A stretch of DNA of 64,000 nt from Macrostomum lignano. Lineage: Eukaryota. The DNA lies in contig NIVC01000297.1 of NCBI GenBank assembly GCA_002269645.1, forward strand, positions 1-64,000. The letters run 5' to 3'. Below the pieces are notes generated by a model, which saw only the letters and a list, made by a program, of their open reading frames with translations, was not told where the DNA came from and searched no databases. The position numbers were made by a program, and so were the translations under genes. Below are positions 23,650-35,800 of the stretch, piece by piece. Every line of letters begins with the position of its first letter. The first letter of the stretch is position 1.

Positions 23650-25772
23650 ATGAGATCCAGGGCGGGAGCTCACAATCGCTCACAGCTCATCTATGCGCTC
23701 ATTGCAGCCAGCATGATTGCCGTCATATTGCTGATCGCGGTGAACTTCCTACTCATCATGTACGCGCCCGTCATGCAGCTGGTCAGCTTCATCCTGCTGG
23801 TTGCCTTCATGACGCGGCGCCGGTCGCTGCACGAGAGCCGGGAGCAGCTGCGGCAGGAGCTCGGGCTGACCGAGGGCGAAGTCATGGTGGGCTTCTTCCA
23901 CCCCAACTGCAACGCTGGCGGCGGCGGCGAGCGGGTGCTGTGGCTGGCCGTGCGGGCCCTGCAGATCGAGCACGGCAATAAGGTTCAGCTCTTTGTCTAC
24001 ACCGGAGATCTGGACGCGTACAAAGACTCGCCGGAGTTCGACCCGGCCGCTGAGGGGGAAATGAGCCAGGCGGATAAAGAACGGCTGGCTGGGAAGGCCA
24101 TTTTGGCTAAGGTGGGTCCGCCACCCCAATTTATATATCCGAGTTTCCCGCCACCCCAATGTACATATCCGAGTTTCCCGCCACCCCAATGTACATATCC
24201 GAGTTTCCCGCCACCCCAATGTACATATCCGAGTTTCCCGCCACCCCAATGTACATATCCGAGTTTCCCGCCACCTCAATTTATATATCCGAGTTTCCCG
24301 CCACCCCAATGTACATATCAGAGTTTCCCGCCACCCCAATGTACATATTGGGGTGTATTGAGGGTGTTCCCGCCACCCCAATGTACATACCCCAATGTAC
24401 ATACCCACCTGGCTAAGGTGGGTCCGCCACCCCAATTTATATATCCGAGTTTCCCGCCACCCCAATGTACATATCCGAGTTTCCCGCCACCCCAATGTAC
24501 ATATCCGAGTTTCCCGCCACCCCAATGTACATATCCGAGTTTCCCGCCACCTCAATGTACATATCCGAGTTTCCAGCCACCCCAATGTACATATCCGAGT
24601 TTCCCGCCACCTCAATGTACATATCCGAGTTTCCAGCCACCCCAATGTACATATCCGAGTTTCCCGCCACCCCAATGTACATATCCGAGTTTCCCGCCAC
24701 CCCAATGTACATATCCGAGTTTTCCGCCACCCCAATCTACACACATTCATAATCCGCAATGTGCAAGCATTCACCACCCAACCACTCCTAAGCACCCGCC
24801 ACGCCGGCCGCCGCTCCCGCAGGTGGAGCGCACGCTTGGCGTGGGCATGCCGGACCCGGACTCAATCCGTTTCGCCTTCCTGTCCGGCCGGGACCGGATC
24901 AACCCGGCCCGCTACCCGCGCCTGACGCTGCTCCGGCAGAGCATCGGCGGCGCCTTCCTCGGCCTGGAGGCGATCGGCCTGGCCAACCCGGACGTCATGA
25001 TCGACACCATGGGCTGCCACTTCGCCGGCGCCGTCTTCCGCTACTTCGGCGGCTGCAAGACCGCCTGCTACGTGCACTACCCGCTCATCTCCACCGACAT
25101 GATCGAGGTGGTCAACGCCAACTCAGTGGCGGTCAACAACCCCACAACGAACTCGCCGTTCAAGCGGCTGGCCAAGCTTGTGTACTACCGCCTGTTCGCC
25201 CTGCTGTACGGCTGGTTCGGCCGGCGCTGGAACCTCGTAATGACCAACTCCAGCTGGACCACCGGGCACATCGCCAGCCTGTGGGGCTGCCAGCTGCCTC
25301 GCCTGCTGTACCCGCCGGTCTACGTGAAAGAGTTCGCCCACCTCGGCCCGGATAGCCTGGCCGGCCGCCTTCCCATCGTGCTGTCCGTGGCGCAGTTCCG
25401 GCCAGAGAAGGACCACCCGCTGCAGCTGCGCGCCTTCGCCAAGTTTCTCCAGCTGGCGCCGAAAGACGTCGCCGACAAGGCCAGCCTGGTGCTCATCGGC
25501 GGCTGCCGCAACGACGAAGACCGCGCCAGGGTGGACCGGCTGCGCTGCCTGGCCGAGGAGCTGAGCATTGAGGACCGGGTTCGATTCCAGGTAGGCTTGG
25601 ATTGTCTGTCTTGTCTGCCTGCCTGTCTGTCTGTCTGTCTGTCTGTACATATCCGAGTACATATCCGAGAAAAACTTCATGCCGGGCTTCTGCCACCTCA
25701 CCAAGCCGCTCATCGACTACCGCGGCGGCGAACACGTTGTGTTCTGCCTGTCTGTCTGTCTGTCTGTCTGTC

Positions 25773-25816
<44 letters not shown>

Positions 25817-26246
25817 GGCTCTCCGTGTGACCCATCAGCTTCAATTCCTTGTCCCGCCGCAGGTGAACGCCCCGCACTCCGAGCTGCGCACCTGGCTAGA
25901 GAAGGCCCGCATTGGCCTGCATTCCATGCGCGACGAGCACTTTGGCATCGGCATTGTCGACATGATGGCGGCCGGGCTGACAGTCATCGCCCACAACTCC
26001 GGCGGCCCCAAGATGGACATTGTCACGGACCCACAGCTCGGCTTCCTTGCTGCCACTGAGGACGAGTACGCTCAGGCACTGGTCGACGCCTTCAGCCTGG
26101 ACGACAAGCAGCTGCGCCGTCGCTTCGAGGCCGTCAGGCGGCACATCGAGAAGTTCGCCGAGGAGAAAAACTTCATGCCGGGCTTCTGCCAGCTCACCAA
26201 GCCGCTCATCGACTACCGCGGCGGCGAACACGTTGTGGGGTACTGA
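23650..26246 (+). CDS. ALG11: GDP-Man:Man3GlcNAc2-PP-Dol alpha-1,2-mannosyltransferase, ~537 aa
   Basis: Exons 23650-24111, 24823-25590, 25863-26246. Motifs GFFHPNCNAGGGGERVLW, IDTMG, CYVHYPLISTDM, MTNSSWT, SVAQFRPEKDH, LIGGCRN, HSMRDEHFGIGIVDMMAAG, AHNSGGPKMDIV. Confidence 0.95.
24119..24737. repeat. 30-bp minisatellite in ALG11 intron 1
   Basis: Unit CCGCCACCCCAATGTACATATCCGAGTTTC. Confidence 0.95.
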
Positions 26247-27070
26247 TTGGCTGGCTTGGAGTTGGGTACTGATTGGCTGGCTTGAAGCTGGGTACTGATT
26301 GGCTGGCTTGGAGTTGGGTGCTGATTGGCTGGCTTGAAGCTGGGTACTGATTGGCTGGCTTGGAGTTGGGTGCTGATTGGCTGGCTTGAAGCTGGGTACT
26401 GATTGGCAGGCTTGAAGTTGGGTACTGATTGGCTGGCTTGGAGTTGGGTACTGATTGGCTGGCTTGGAGTTGGGTACTGATTGGCTGGCTTGAAGCTGGG
26501 TACTGATTGGCTGGCTTGGAGTTGGGTACTGATTGGCTGGCTTGGAGTTGGGTGCTGTATGGCTGGCTTGGAGCTGGGTGCTGATTGGCTGGCTTGGAGC
26601 TGGGTACTGATTGGCTGGCTTGGAGCTGGGTGCTGATTGGCTGGCTTGAAGCTGGGTGCTGATTGGCAGGCTTGAAGTTGGGTACTGATTGGCTGGCTTG
26701 GAGCTGGGTACTGATTGGCTGGCTTGGAGCTGGGTGCTGATTGGCTGGCTTGAAGCTGGGTGCTGATTGGCTGGCTTGGAGCTGGGTGCTGATTGGCTGG
26801 CTTGGAGCTGGGTGCTGATTGGCTGGCTTGGAGCTGGGTGCTGATTGGCTGGCTTGGAGCTGGGTGCTGATTGGCTGGCTTGGAGCTGGGTGCTGATTGG
26901 CTGGCTTGGAGCTGGGTGCTGATTGGCTGGCTTGGAGCTGGGTGCTGATTGGCTGGCTTGGAGCTGGGTGCTGATTGGCTGGCTTGGAGCTGGGTGCTGA
27001 TTGGCTGGCTTGGAGCTGGGTGCTGATTGGCTGGCTTGGAGCTGGGTGCTGATTGGCTAGCTGAGAGCTG
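26238..27070. repeat. 26-bp minisatellite starting at the ALG11 stop codon
   Basis: Unit GGGTACTGATTGGCTGGCTTGGAGTT. Confidence 0.95.
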
Positions 27071-27564
27071 GGTTCTGATTACCTTGGTTTAGAAAAAATT
27101 TAGTTTTAAAAAAGCTTCATGATATTCGCTTTTGACCTTTAAAGCTGCTATTTAAATAAACGGCCTTGTTAAAATCCTTATTTATTTGTGCTGGTTTCTG
27201 GTTTGCATACTCTGTATTGTGCACTTATTAACAAGTTTTTGTTTCCCTTTTTATTATAATAGGAATAATTCGCGTTTTTCTTTAACATAATCAGTTCAGC
27301 TTTGTACTTTTAAATGATAGGCATAACATTGCTTGAATACATCGTTAATCTAACCCCTGGTTACTATTTGAATTCATCATAGCGTCTATTGGGTATTTTA
27401 AGTCAACTATGAGCCGCCCTAAGTTCAAAATCTGCAGTCACAATTTTTATAAACTGATTGTTTACTTTCTGGCAGAGCAGAACTGCTGTGATTTTCCTAG
27501 TTGAAAACTGACGTTAACGCTTTGTACGATCTTCCAGGATCTGCGCTGATCACTGCCTTCATCC

Positions 27565-27945
27565 ATCATCCCGCAATGTACACTTCCCGCCAACCCCATC
27601 ATCCCTCACCCCAAATGTACACTCCGGCCAACCCCATCATCTCTCACCCCTAATGTACACTCCGGCCAATCCCATCATCCCTCACCCCTAATGTACACTC
27701 CCGCCAACACCATCATCCCTCACCCCTAATGTACACTCCCGCCAACACCATCATCTCTCACCCCAAATGTACACTCCCCGCCAACACCATCATCTCTCAC
27801 CCCAAATGTACACTCCCCGCCAATCCCATCATCCCTCACCCCTAATGTACACTCCGGCCAACCCCATCATCCCTCACCCCAAATGTACACTCCGGCCAAC
27901 CCCATCATCCCTCACCCCAAATGTACACTCCCGCCAACCCACCAA
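27565..27945. repeat. 38-39-bp C-rich minisatellite
   Basis: Unit CCAACCCCATCATCCCTCACCCCAAATGTACACTCCGG. Confidence 0.9.
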
Positions 27946-28372
27946 TCATATATTTAACTTTGCTGTGTTATGCTTTACTCTGCACCTTCTCTTGTGTTAA
28001 CAATATGGCGTGCCAATTGTGAAGAATTTCCAATATTTATATTTACTGCGTGAATTATTATTTCCGTACATGTGTGGTTTTGTATTTCGTGTTTTTAACC
28101 ATCTTGTCTCATTAATAGGCACTATATATAGATGCTATCTGCTGGCAACTTGTCGGTGTGCGCAGAATTTTCCCTTTCCAGGTGTCTGGGATGCCTGTGC
28201 CTCCTTTTTTTATTAATACCACCTGTTTGTGAAAATAAATTACTTTAACAAATCCAGTCTTAGCTCCATCTCTCACTTATTTTCATTATCGATTTTGTAC
28301 AGCGCAATAGAGATTCGTAATCCAGTTCCTTATCCCGTTTGCTTTTTTGTTGGTGCGATACTCTAATAAAAC

Positions 28373-29540
28373 GGGAATATCCCACAAGGGGATTATCCCA
28401 CAAGGGGATTATCCCACAAGGGGATTATCCCACAAGGGGATTATCCCACAAGGGGATTATCCCACAAGGGGATTATCCCACAAGTGGATTATCCCACAAG
28501 GGGATTATCCCACAAGGCGTTTATTCCACAAGGGGAATATCCCACAAGGAGATTATCCCACAAGGGGAATATCCCACAAGGAGTATCGCACAAGGGAAAT
28601 GTCCCACAAGGATTATCCCACAAGGGGATTATCCCACAAGGGGATTATCCCACAAGGGGATTATCCCACAAGGGGATTATCCCACAAGGGGATTATCCCA
28701 CAAGGGGATTATCCCACAAGGGGATTATCCCACAAGGGGATTATCCCACAAGGGGAATATCCCACAAGGGAAATGTCCCACAAGGAGTATCCCACAAGGG
28801 AAATGTCCCACAAGGAGTATCCCACAAGGGGAATATCCCAAAAGGAATATCACACAAGGTGAATATCCCACAAGAAATATCCCACAAGGAGTATCCCACA
28901 AGGGGAATATCCCAAAAGGAATATCACACAAGGGGAATATCCCACAAGGAATATCCCACAAGGGGATTATCCCACAAGGGGAATATCCCACAAGGAATAT
29001 CTCACAAGGGGAATATCCCACAAGGGGATTATCCCACAAGGAGAATATCCCACAAGGGGGTTATCCCACAAGGGAATTATCCCACAAGGGGGTTATCCCA
29101 CAAGGGAATTATCCCACAAGGGGATTATCCCACAAGGGGAATATCCCACAAGGAATATCCCACAAAGGGAATATCTCACAAGGGGGAGTATCCCACAAGG
29201 GGAATATCCCACAAGGGGATTATCCCGCAAGGGTAATATCCCACAAGGAATATCCCACAAAGGGAATATCTCACAAGGGGGAGTATCCCACAAGGGGAAT
29301 ATCCCACAAGGGGATTATCCCACAAGGGGAATATCCCACAAGGAATATCCCACAAAGGGAATATCTCACAAGGGGGAGTATCCCACAAGGGGAATATCCC
29401 ACAGGGGATTATCCCACAAGGGGATTATCCCACAAGGGGAATATCCCACAAGGAATATCCCACAAAGGGAATATCTCACAAGGGGGAGTATCCCACAAGG
29501 GGAATATCCCACAGGGGGATTATCCCACAAGGAATATGTC
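28373..29540. repeat. ~16-bp self-complementary minisatellite
   Basis: Unit TTATCCCACAAGGGGA / ATATCCCACAAGGGGA with many variants. Confidence 0.95.
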
Positions 29541-29839
29541 CACAGAGGATCTATCCTACAGAGGAGGCATGTATCCCAGAGATGGAAAGTATTGCACATA
29601 AGACAGGCATATCCCACGGAGAAATTGCCAGTTTTAAGTAGCCTCTGCAGTATCCAAAAGGAACTCAAGATGATTGCGAATGATTTAGACCGATCTCATG
29701 CATGTGCTCAGCCGACAGAGCAACAGCGCTCTAAATCAAGCATCGCCTTTCCAGGCCTCTCAGCTCTTCTTTTACAGCCCAAATATCTGCCTGACAGCCA
29801 ACAGCCAATCGAAGCAAGGCTGAATTCTTGAAGCTCAAC

Positions 29840-32800
29840 ATGCGCAGCAAACCGCTTGGTAAGTTACGCCAGTTTACTGCCTGTCTCCATGGCAACGGGT
29901 CTTTCATTTTGTTGCCAATGTTTTTGAATTTCAGCTTGGCTGCATTTTTGCCTGCCGCCGCTGCTTATCCTGCTTCTGGCCCAGCGGACTGGCGCCCAGG
30001 ACCTGCCGCTCATCAGCGAGGCCAATTCGGGCGCCGACCTGACCGCCGCGCTAGGCGCCAGCGTCAATCTCACCTGCGTGGCACTGCGGAATGCCTCCGT
30101 GAGACAGCCGTGCTGGAAGCAGTGATTTTGTTCGGGACTTGGATTGGGATGCTGTTTGGGGATTAGGGCTATCCCTAATCATTTTTGGAGGCCTGGGGTC
30201 AGGTGTTGGGGGTTTGGGGTCAGGTGTTGGGGGTTTGGGGTCAGGTGTTGGGGGTTTGGGGTCAGGTGTTGGAGGTCTGGGGTCAGGTCTTCGGGGTTTG
30301 GGGTCAGGTGTTGTGGGTTTGGGGTCAGGTGTTGGGGGTTTGGGGTCAGGTGTTGGGGGTTTGGGGTCAGGTGTTGGGGGTTTGGGGTCAGGTGTTGGAG
30401 GTCTGGGGTCAGGTCTTGGAGTTCTGGGATCAGGTCTTTGGGGTTTGGGGTCAGGTGTTGTGGGTTTGGGGTCAGGTGTTGGGGGTTTCGGGTCAGGTGT
30501 TGGAGGTCTGGGGTCAGGTCTTGGAGTTCTGGGGTCAGGTCTTCGGGGTTTGGGGTCAGGTGTTGTGGGTTTGGGGTCAGGTGTTGGGGGTTTGGGGTCA
30601 GGTGTTGGGGGTTTCGGATCAGGTGTTGGGTGTTTCGGGTCAGGTGTTAAGTGTTTCGGGTCAGGTGTTGGGGGTTTGGGGTCAGGTGTTGGGTGTTTCG
30701 GGTCAGGTGTTGGGTGTTTCGGGTCAGGTGTTGGGGGTTTCGGGTCAGGTGTTGGGTGTTTCGGGTCAGGTGTTGGGGGTTTCGGGTCAGGTGTTGGGTG
30801 TTTCGGGTCAGGTGTTGGGAGACAGAGTCGGATATTCATTGACAGAGAGAATTGGCCACAGTTAGGATAGAGGGTCAGATAGTTAGGATAGAGGGTCAGG
30901 AAGTTAGGATAGAGGGTCAGGTAGTTAGGATAGAGGGTCAGGTAGTTAGGATAGAGGGTCAGGTAGTTAGGATAGGGTCAGATAGTGAGGATAGGGTCAG
31001 AGAGTGCAATGTGAAGAGTTGAGACCACCCCATCAACTCAGAAGCCCCCCTGCCCATCAGGTGGCCTGGTACTTCACTGACCAGCACCTGTTCGTGTCCA
31101 GCTACTCGGGAGACTCCGCTCCACAGCAGCTGCTGTCCAGTGGACACGCCTACTCTGTCCAGTCCCTGACCCCTGCCGCTGTGGGCAACCTGACCAACGA
31201 GTACTTGGCGCTGACCCTGACAGTGCAGGTGTCCGAGCAGACCTTCGGGCACTACCAGTGCCAGGCCAGCCTGGGCTCGGCCTCCAAGCAGGTGCACGAC
31301 ATCTACCTGAGAATCAACGGCTCGCTGGGGCCCGAACTGAACAGGAGCGCCTTCTATAGTGAGTCTTTGTTCTGATAGTGCGCGTTTGATTGTGGAGCGG
31401 CGTCTATAGTGAGTCTTTGTTCTAGTAGTGCGCGTTTGATTGTGGAGCGGCTTCTATAGTGAGTCTTTGTTCTAGTAGTGCGCGTTTGATTGTGGAGCGG
31501 CTTCTATAGTGAGTCTTTGTTCTAGTAGTGCGCGTTTGATTGTGGAGCGGCTTCTATAGTGAGTCTGTTCTAGTAGTGCGCGTTTGATTGTGGAGCGGCT
31601 TCTATAGTGAGTCTTTGTTCTAGTAGTGCGCGTTTGATTGTGGAGCGGCTTCTATAGTGAGTCTGTTCTAGTAGTGCGCGTTTGATTGTGGAGCGGCTTC
31701 TATAGTGAGTCTTTGTTCTAGTAGTGCGCGTTTGATTGTGGAGCGGCTTCTATAGTGAGTCTGTTCTAGTAGTGCGCGTTTGATTGTGGAGCGGCTTCTA
31801 TAGTGAGTCTTTGTTCTAGTAGTGCGCGTTTGATTGCGGAGCGGCTTCTATAATGAGTCTTTGTTCTAGTAGTGCGCGTTTGATTGCGGAGCGGCTTCTA
31901 TAGTGAGTCTTTGTTCTGGTAGTGTGCGTTTGATTGCAGAGCGGCTTCTATAATGAGTCTTTGTTCTAGTAGTGCGCGTTTGAGTGCGGAAAGACAGATC
32001 TATGAGATTTTCTAGTTTGTTCTGTGAGATTATGAGTCCGATCTGGGAGATTCCAGTCTAATCTGTGAGATTCCAGTCTGATCTGTGAGATTCCAGTCTA
32101 ATCTGTGAGATTCCAGTCTGATGTGAGATTTCACTCTAATATGTGAGATTCCAGTCTAATCTGTGAGATTTCGGTCTAATCTGTGAGATTCCAGTCTGAT
32201 GTGAGATTCCACTCTAATATGTGAGATTCCAGTCTGGTATTTGAGATTTCCTGTCTAAAATGTGAGATTCAGTTCTGATCTGTGAGATTCCAATATGATC
32301 TATGGAGATTCCAATCTAATCTGTGAGATTCCAGTCTGATATGTGAGATTCCAGTCTGATCTGTGAAGCAAACAGAATGCTCTATGATTTTGACCGTGAG
32401 CTGTTTTTTCACAGAGATTCCGTACCTCAGCTCAGAGCAGCCTGACCGAATTCGAATTCCCGCGCTTCCCGCCCAGACTGCTGCATCGCCAAGGACCTCG
32501 CAGCCCAATGCCGCGTCTTCTGCGAGCCCTGGAAGCTGACAGCCGACAGCAGCACCCTGTCGACCCTGTTTAACTGCCTATCCGACCTCAACAATAAGGT
32601 CGCCAGCTGCGGACTTGGTGAGCTGCAAACTGACCCAGACGCTTTTTTTACACTTTTTACAAATCCCATGCCTCCCCTGAATCCCATGCCTCCCCTGAAT
32701 CCCATGCCTCCCCTGAATCCCATATTCCCTGAATCCCATGCCTCCCCTGAATCCCATGCCTCCCCTGAATCCCATGCCTCGCCCGAATCCCATGCCTCCT

Positions 32801-35800
32801 CTGAATCCCATGCTCCCTGAATCCCATGCCTCCCCTGAATCCCATGCTCCCTGAATCCCATGCCTCCCCTGAATCCCATGCTCCCTGAATCCCATGCCTC
32901 CCCTGAATCCCATGCTCCCTGAATCCCATGCCTCCCCTGAATCCCATGCTCCCTGAATCCCATGCCTCCCCTGAATTCCATGCTCCCTGAGTCCCATGCC
33001 TCCCCTGAATCCCATGCTCCCTGAATCCCATGCCTCCCCTGAATCCCATGCTCCCTGAATCCCATGCCTCCCCTGAATCCCATGCTCCCTGAATCCCATG
33101 CTCCCTGAATCCCATGCCTCCCCTGAGTCCCATGCCTCCCCTTAATCCTATGCCTCCCATGAGTCCCATGCCCCCCATGAGTCCCATGCCTCCCCTGAAT
33201 CCCATGCCTCCCCTGAATCCCATGCCTTCTCTGAATCCCATGCTCCCTGAATCCCATGCCTCCCCTGAATCCCATGCTCTCTTAATCCGATGCCTCCCAT
33301 GAATCCCATGCTCCCTTAGTCCGATGCCTCCCCTGAATCCCATGCTCCCTGAATCCCATGCCTCCCCTGAATCCCATGCTCCCTGAATCCCATGCCTCCC
33401 CTGAATCCCATGCCTCCCCTGAATCCCATGCTCTCTTAATCCGATGCCTCCCCTGAATCCCATGCTCCCTTAATCCTATGCCTCACATGAATCCCATGCT
33501 CCCTTAGTCCGATGCCTCCCATGAATCCCATGCCTCCCCTGAATCATTTGCGTCCCTGAATCCCATGCCTCCCCTGAATCCCATGCCTCCCCTGAATCAT
33601 TTGCGTCCCTGAATCCCATGCCTCCCCTGAATCCCATGCCTCCCCTGAATCCCTTGCATCCCTGAATCCCATGCTTCCCATGAATCCAATGTGTCCCCTT
33701 TACCAGACATCAACTCCCTCATTTCCCCCTTTTCAAATCCAAAATCCCATTCCCATATCCCACCCGCAGGTTCCAGCAACGTTGGCCGCTGCTGCGCCCG
33801 CCAGGAAGTGCCAACGCCCTGCCTGCCGATGTGCCAGGCGGCCTCGAGCGCATCTTCGGCGCTCTCCACTGCCTTGCTGACCAACCCCGTCTGCTTTAAC
33901 GGCACAGTGATGGAGGACATTTTCGTCTGTCATGCCGAGGGTCTTGGTGAGCAATGGGGAGAAATATCCCCGAAGTTTTTTTTAGTTTCTGGTGTTAGAG
34001 CTCGGTCCAATTGAATAGTTTAACGCTACCCTTACCATTCTGCCACTTTTTTCCATGATCACTCACTGACCTCTTTCCATGATCACTCACTGACCTCTTT
34101 CCATGATCACTCACTGACCTCTTTCCATGATCACTCACTGACCTCTTTCCATGATCACTCACTGACCTCTTTCCATGATCACTCACTGACCTCTTTCCGC
34201 GATCATTCACTAACCTCTTTCCATGATCACTCACTGACCTCTTTCCATGATCATTCACTGACCCTCTTCCATGATCATTCACTGACCTCTTTCCATGATC
34301 ACTCACTGACCTCTTTCCATGATCACTCACTGACCTCTTTCCATGATCATTCACTGACCCTCTTTCCATGATCATTCACTGACCTCTTTCCATGATCACT
34401 CACTGACCTCTTTCCATGATCATTCACTGACCTCTTTCCATGATCACTCACTGACCTCTTTCCATGATCATTCACTGACCTCTTTCCATGATCATTCACC
34501 AGCCTCTTCATCATCACTCATCTACGTCTTCCCAATATTCCCTGTTCACCCAGTAGCCCCTTCAACTGGTTACCCAATGATCCATCTCCCGTTCTGTCAG
34601 TGAGCCCTTCCCTTGGTCACCCAGTGACCCCTTCCCCTGGTCAACCAGTGACCCCTTCCCCTGGTCACCCAGTGACCCCTTCCCCTGGTCACCCAGTGAC
34701 CCCTTCCCCTGGTCACCCAGTGACCCCTTCCCCTGGTCACCCAGTGACCCCTTCCCCTGGTCACCCAGTTACCCGCACTCAAGCGCCCAGCCGCCCGCAA
34801 CTTTCAGTGAGCGTGCCCGGGCCGCCACTGGACGTGAGCGCCTCGCTAGACAAGGAGAAGCGGCAGATTTCGGTGAAGTGGGCCGAGCCCACCAGGAACC
34901 CGCAGCTGGTCAGGGGTTATTCTGTGCACTGGAAGGCGGACTCGGATGCTTACTTCTCTAGCGTGAGTCCTGCTTGGCTTTGCCTCAGAATTGGCCCGTG
35001 AGCACAGATGTTATCCGGTTTATAGTTAAGCTGGTCCTACAACTAATTAACTAAATAAAGGGTTACTTGAGCTGGGCAGGAAAAACTGAGGTGGTCGGAA
35101 CTTTCTGTGTTATCTAATTTGTACTTCTCGTTGCCTTCAATTATGTAGAGTACGAGACTGATACAGTTAGACGGAAAAGAGATTAAAGAAAAAGCTAGAA
35201 AGAGAAGCTGAGGCACAAGTAGATACATATGGAGGGGTAGGTACAGAGGGAGGGGTAGGTACAGAGGGAGGGGTAGGTACAGAGGGAGGGGTAGATGCAG
35301 GGGGAGGGGTAGATACAGAGGGAGGGGTAGATACAGAGGGAGGGTAGATACAGAGGGAGGGGTAGGTACAGAGGGAGGGGTAGATGCAGAGGGAGGGGTA
35401 GGTACAGAGGGAGGGGTAGATACAGAGGGAGGGGTAGGTACAGAGGGAGGGGTAGGTACAGAGGGAGGGGTAGATACAGAGGGAGGGGTAGATACAGAGG
35501 GAGGGGTAGGTACAGAGGGAGGGGTAGATACAGAGGGAGGGGTAGGTACAGAGGGAGGGGTAGGTACAGAGGGAGGGGTAGATACAGAGGGAGGGGTAGA
35601 TGCAGGGGGAGGGGTAGATACAGAGGGAGGGGTAGGTACAGAGGGAGGGGTAGGTACAGAGGGAGGGGTAGATACAGAGGGAGGGGTAGGTACAGAGGGA
35701 GGGGTAGATACAGAGGGAGGGGTAGGTACAGAGGGAGGGGTAGGTACAGAGGGAGGGGTAGGTACAGAGGGAGGGGTAGGTACAGAGGGAGGGGTAGGTA

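Noticed and set aside
23650-25830. 726-aa ORF as the real ALG11 product
   Set aside because: It reads through intron 1 and into intron 2; conserved motifs require splicing.
28373-29540. NF-kB site array
   Set aside because: The units do not fit GGGRNWYYCC; the similarity is only superficial.
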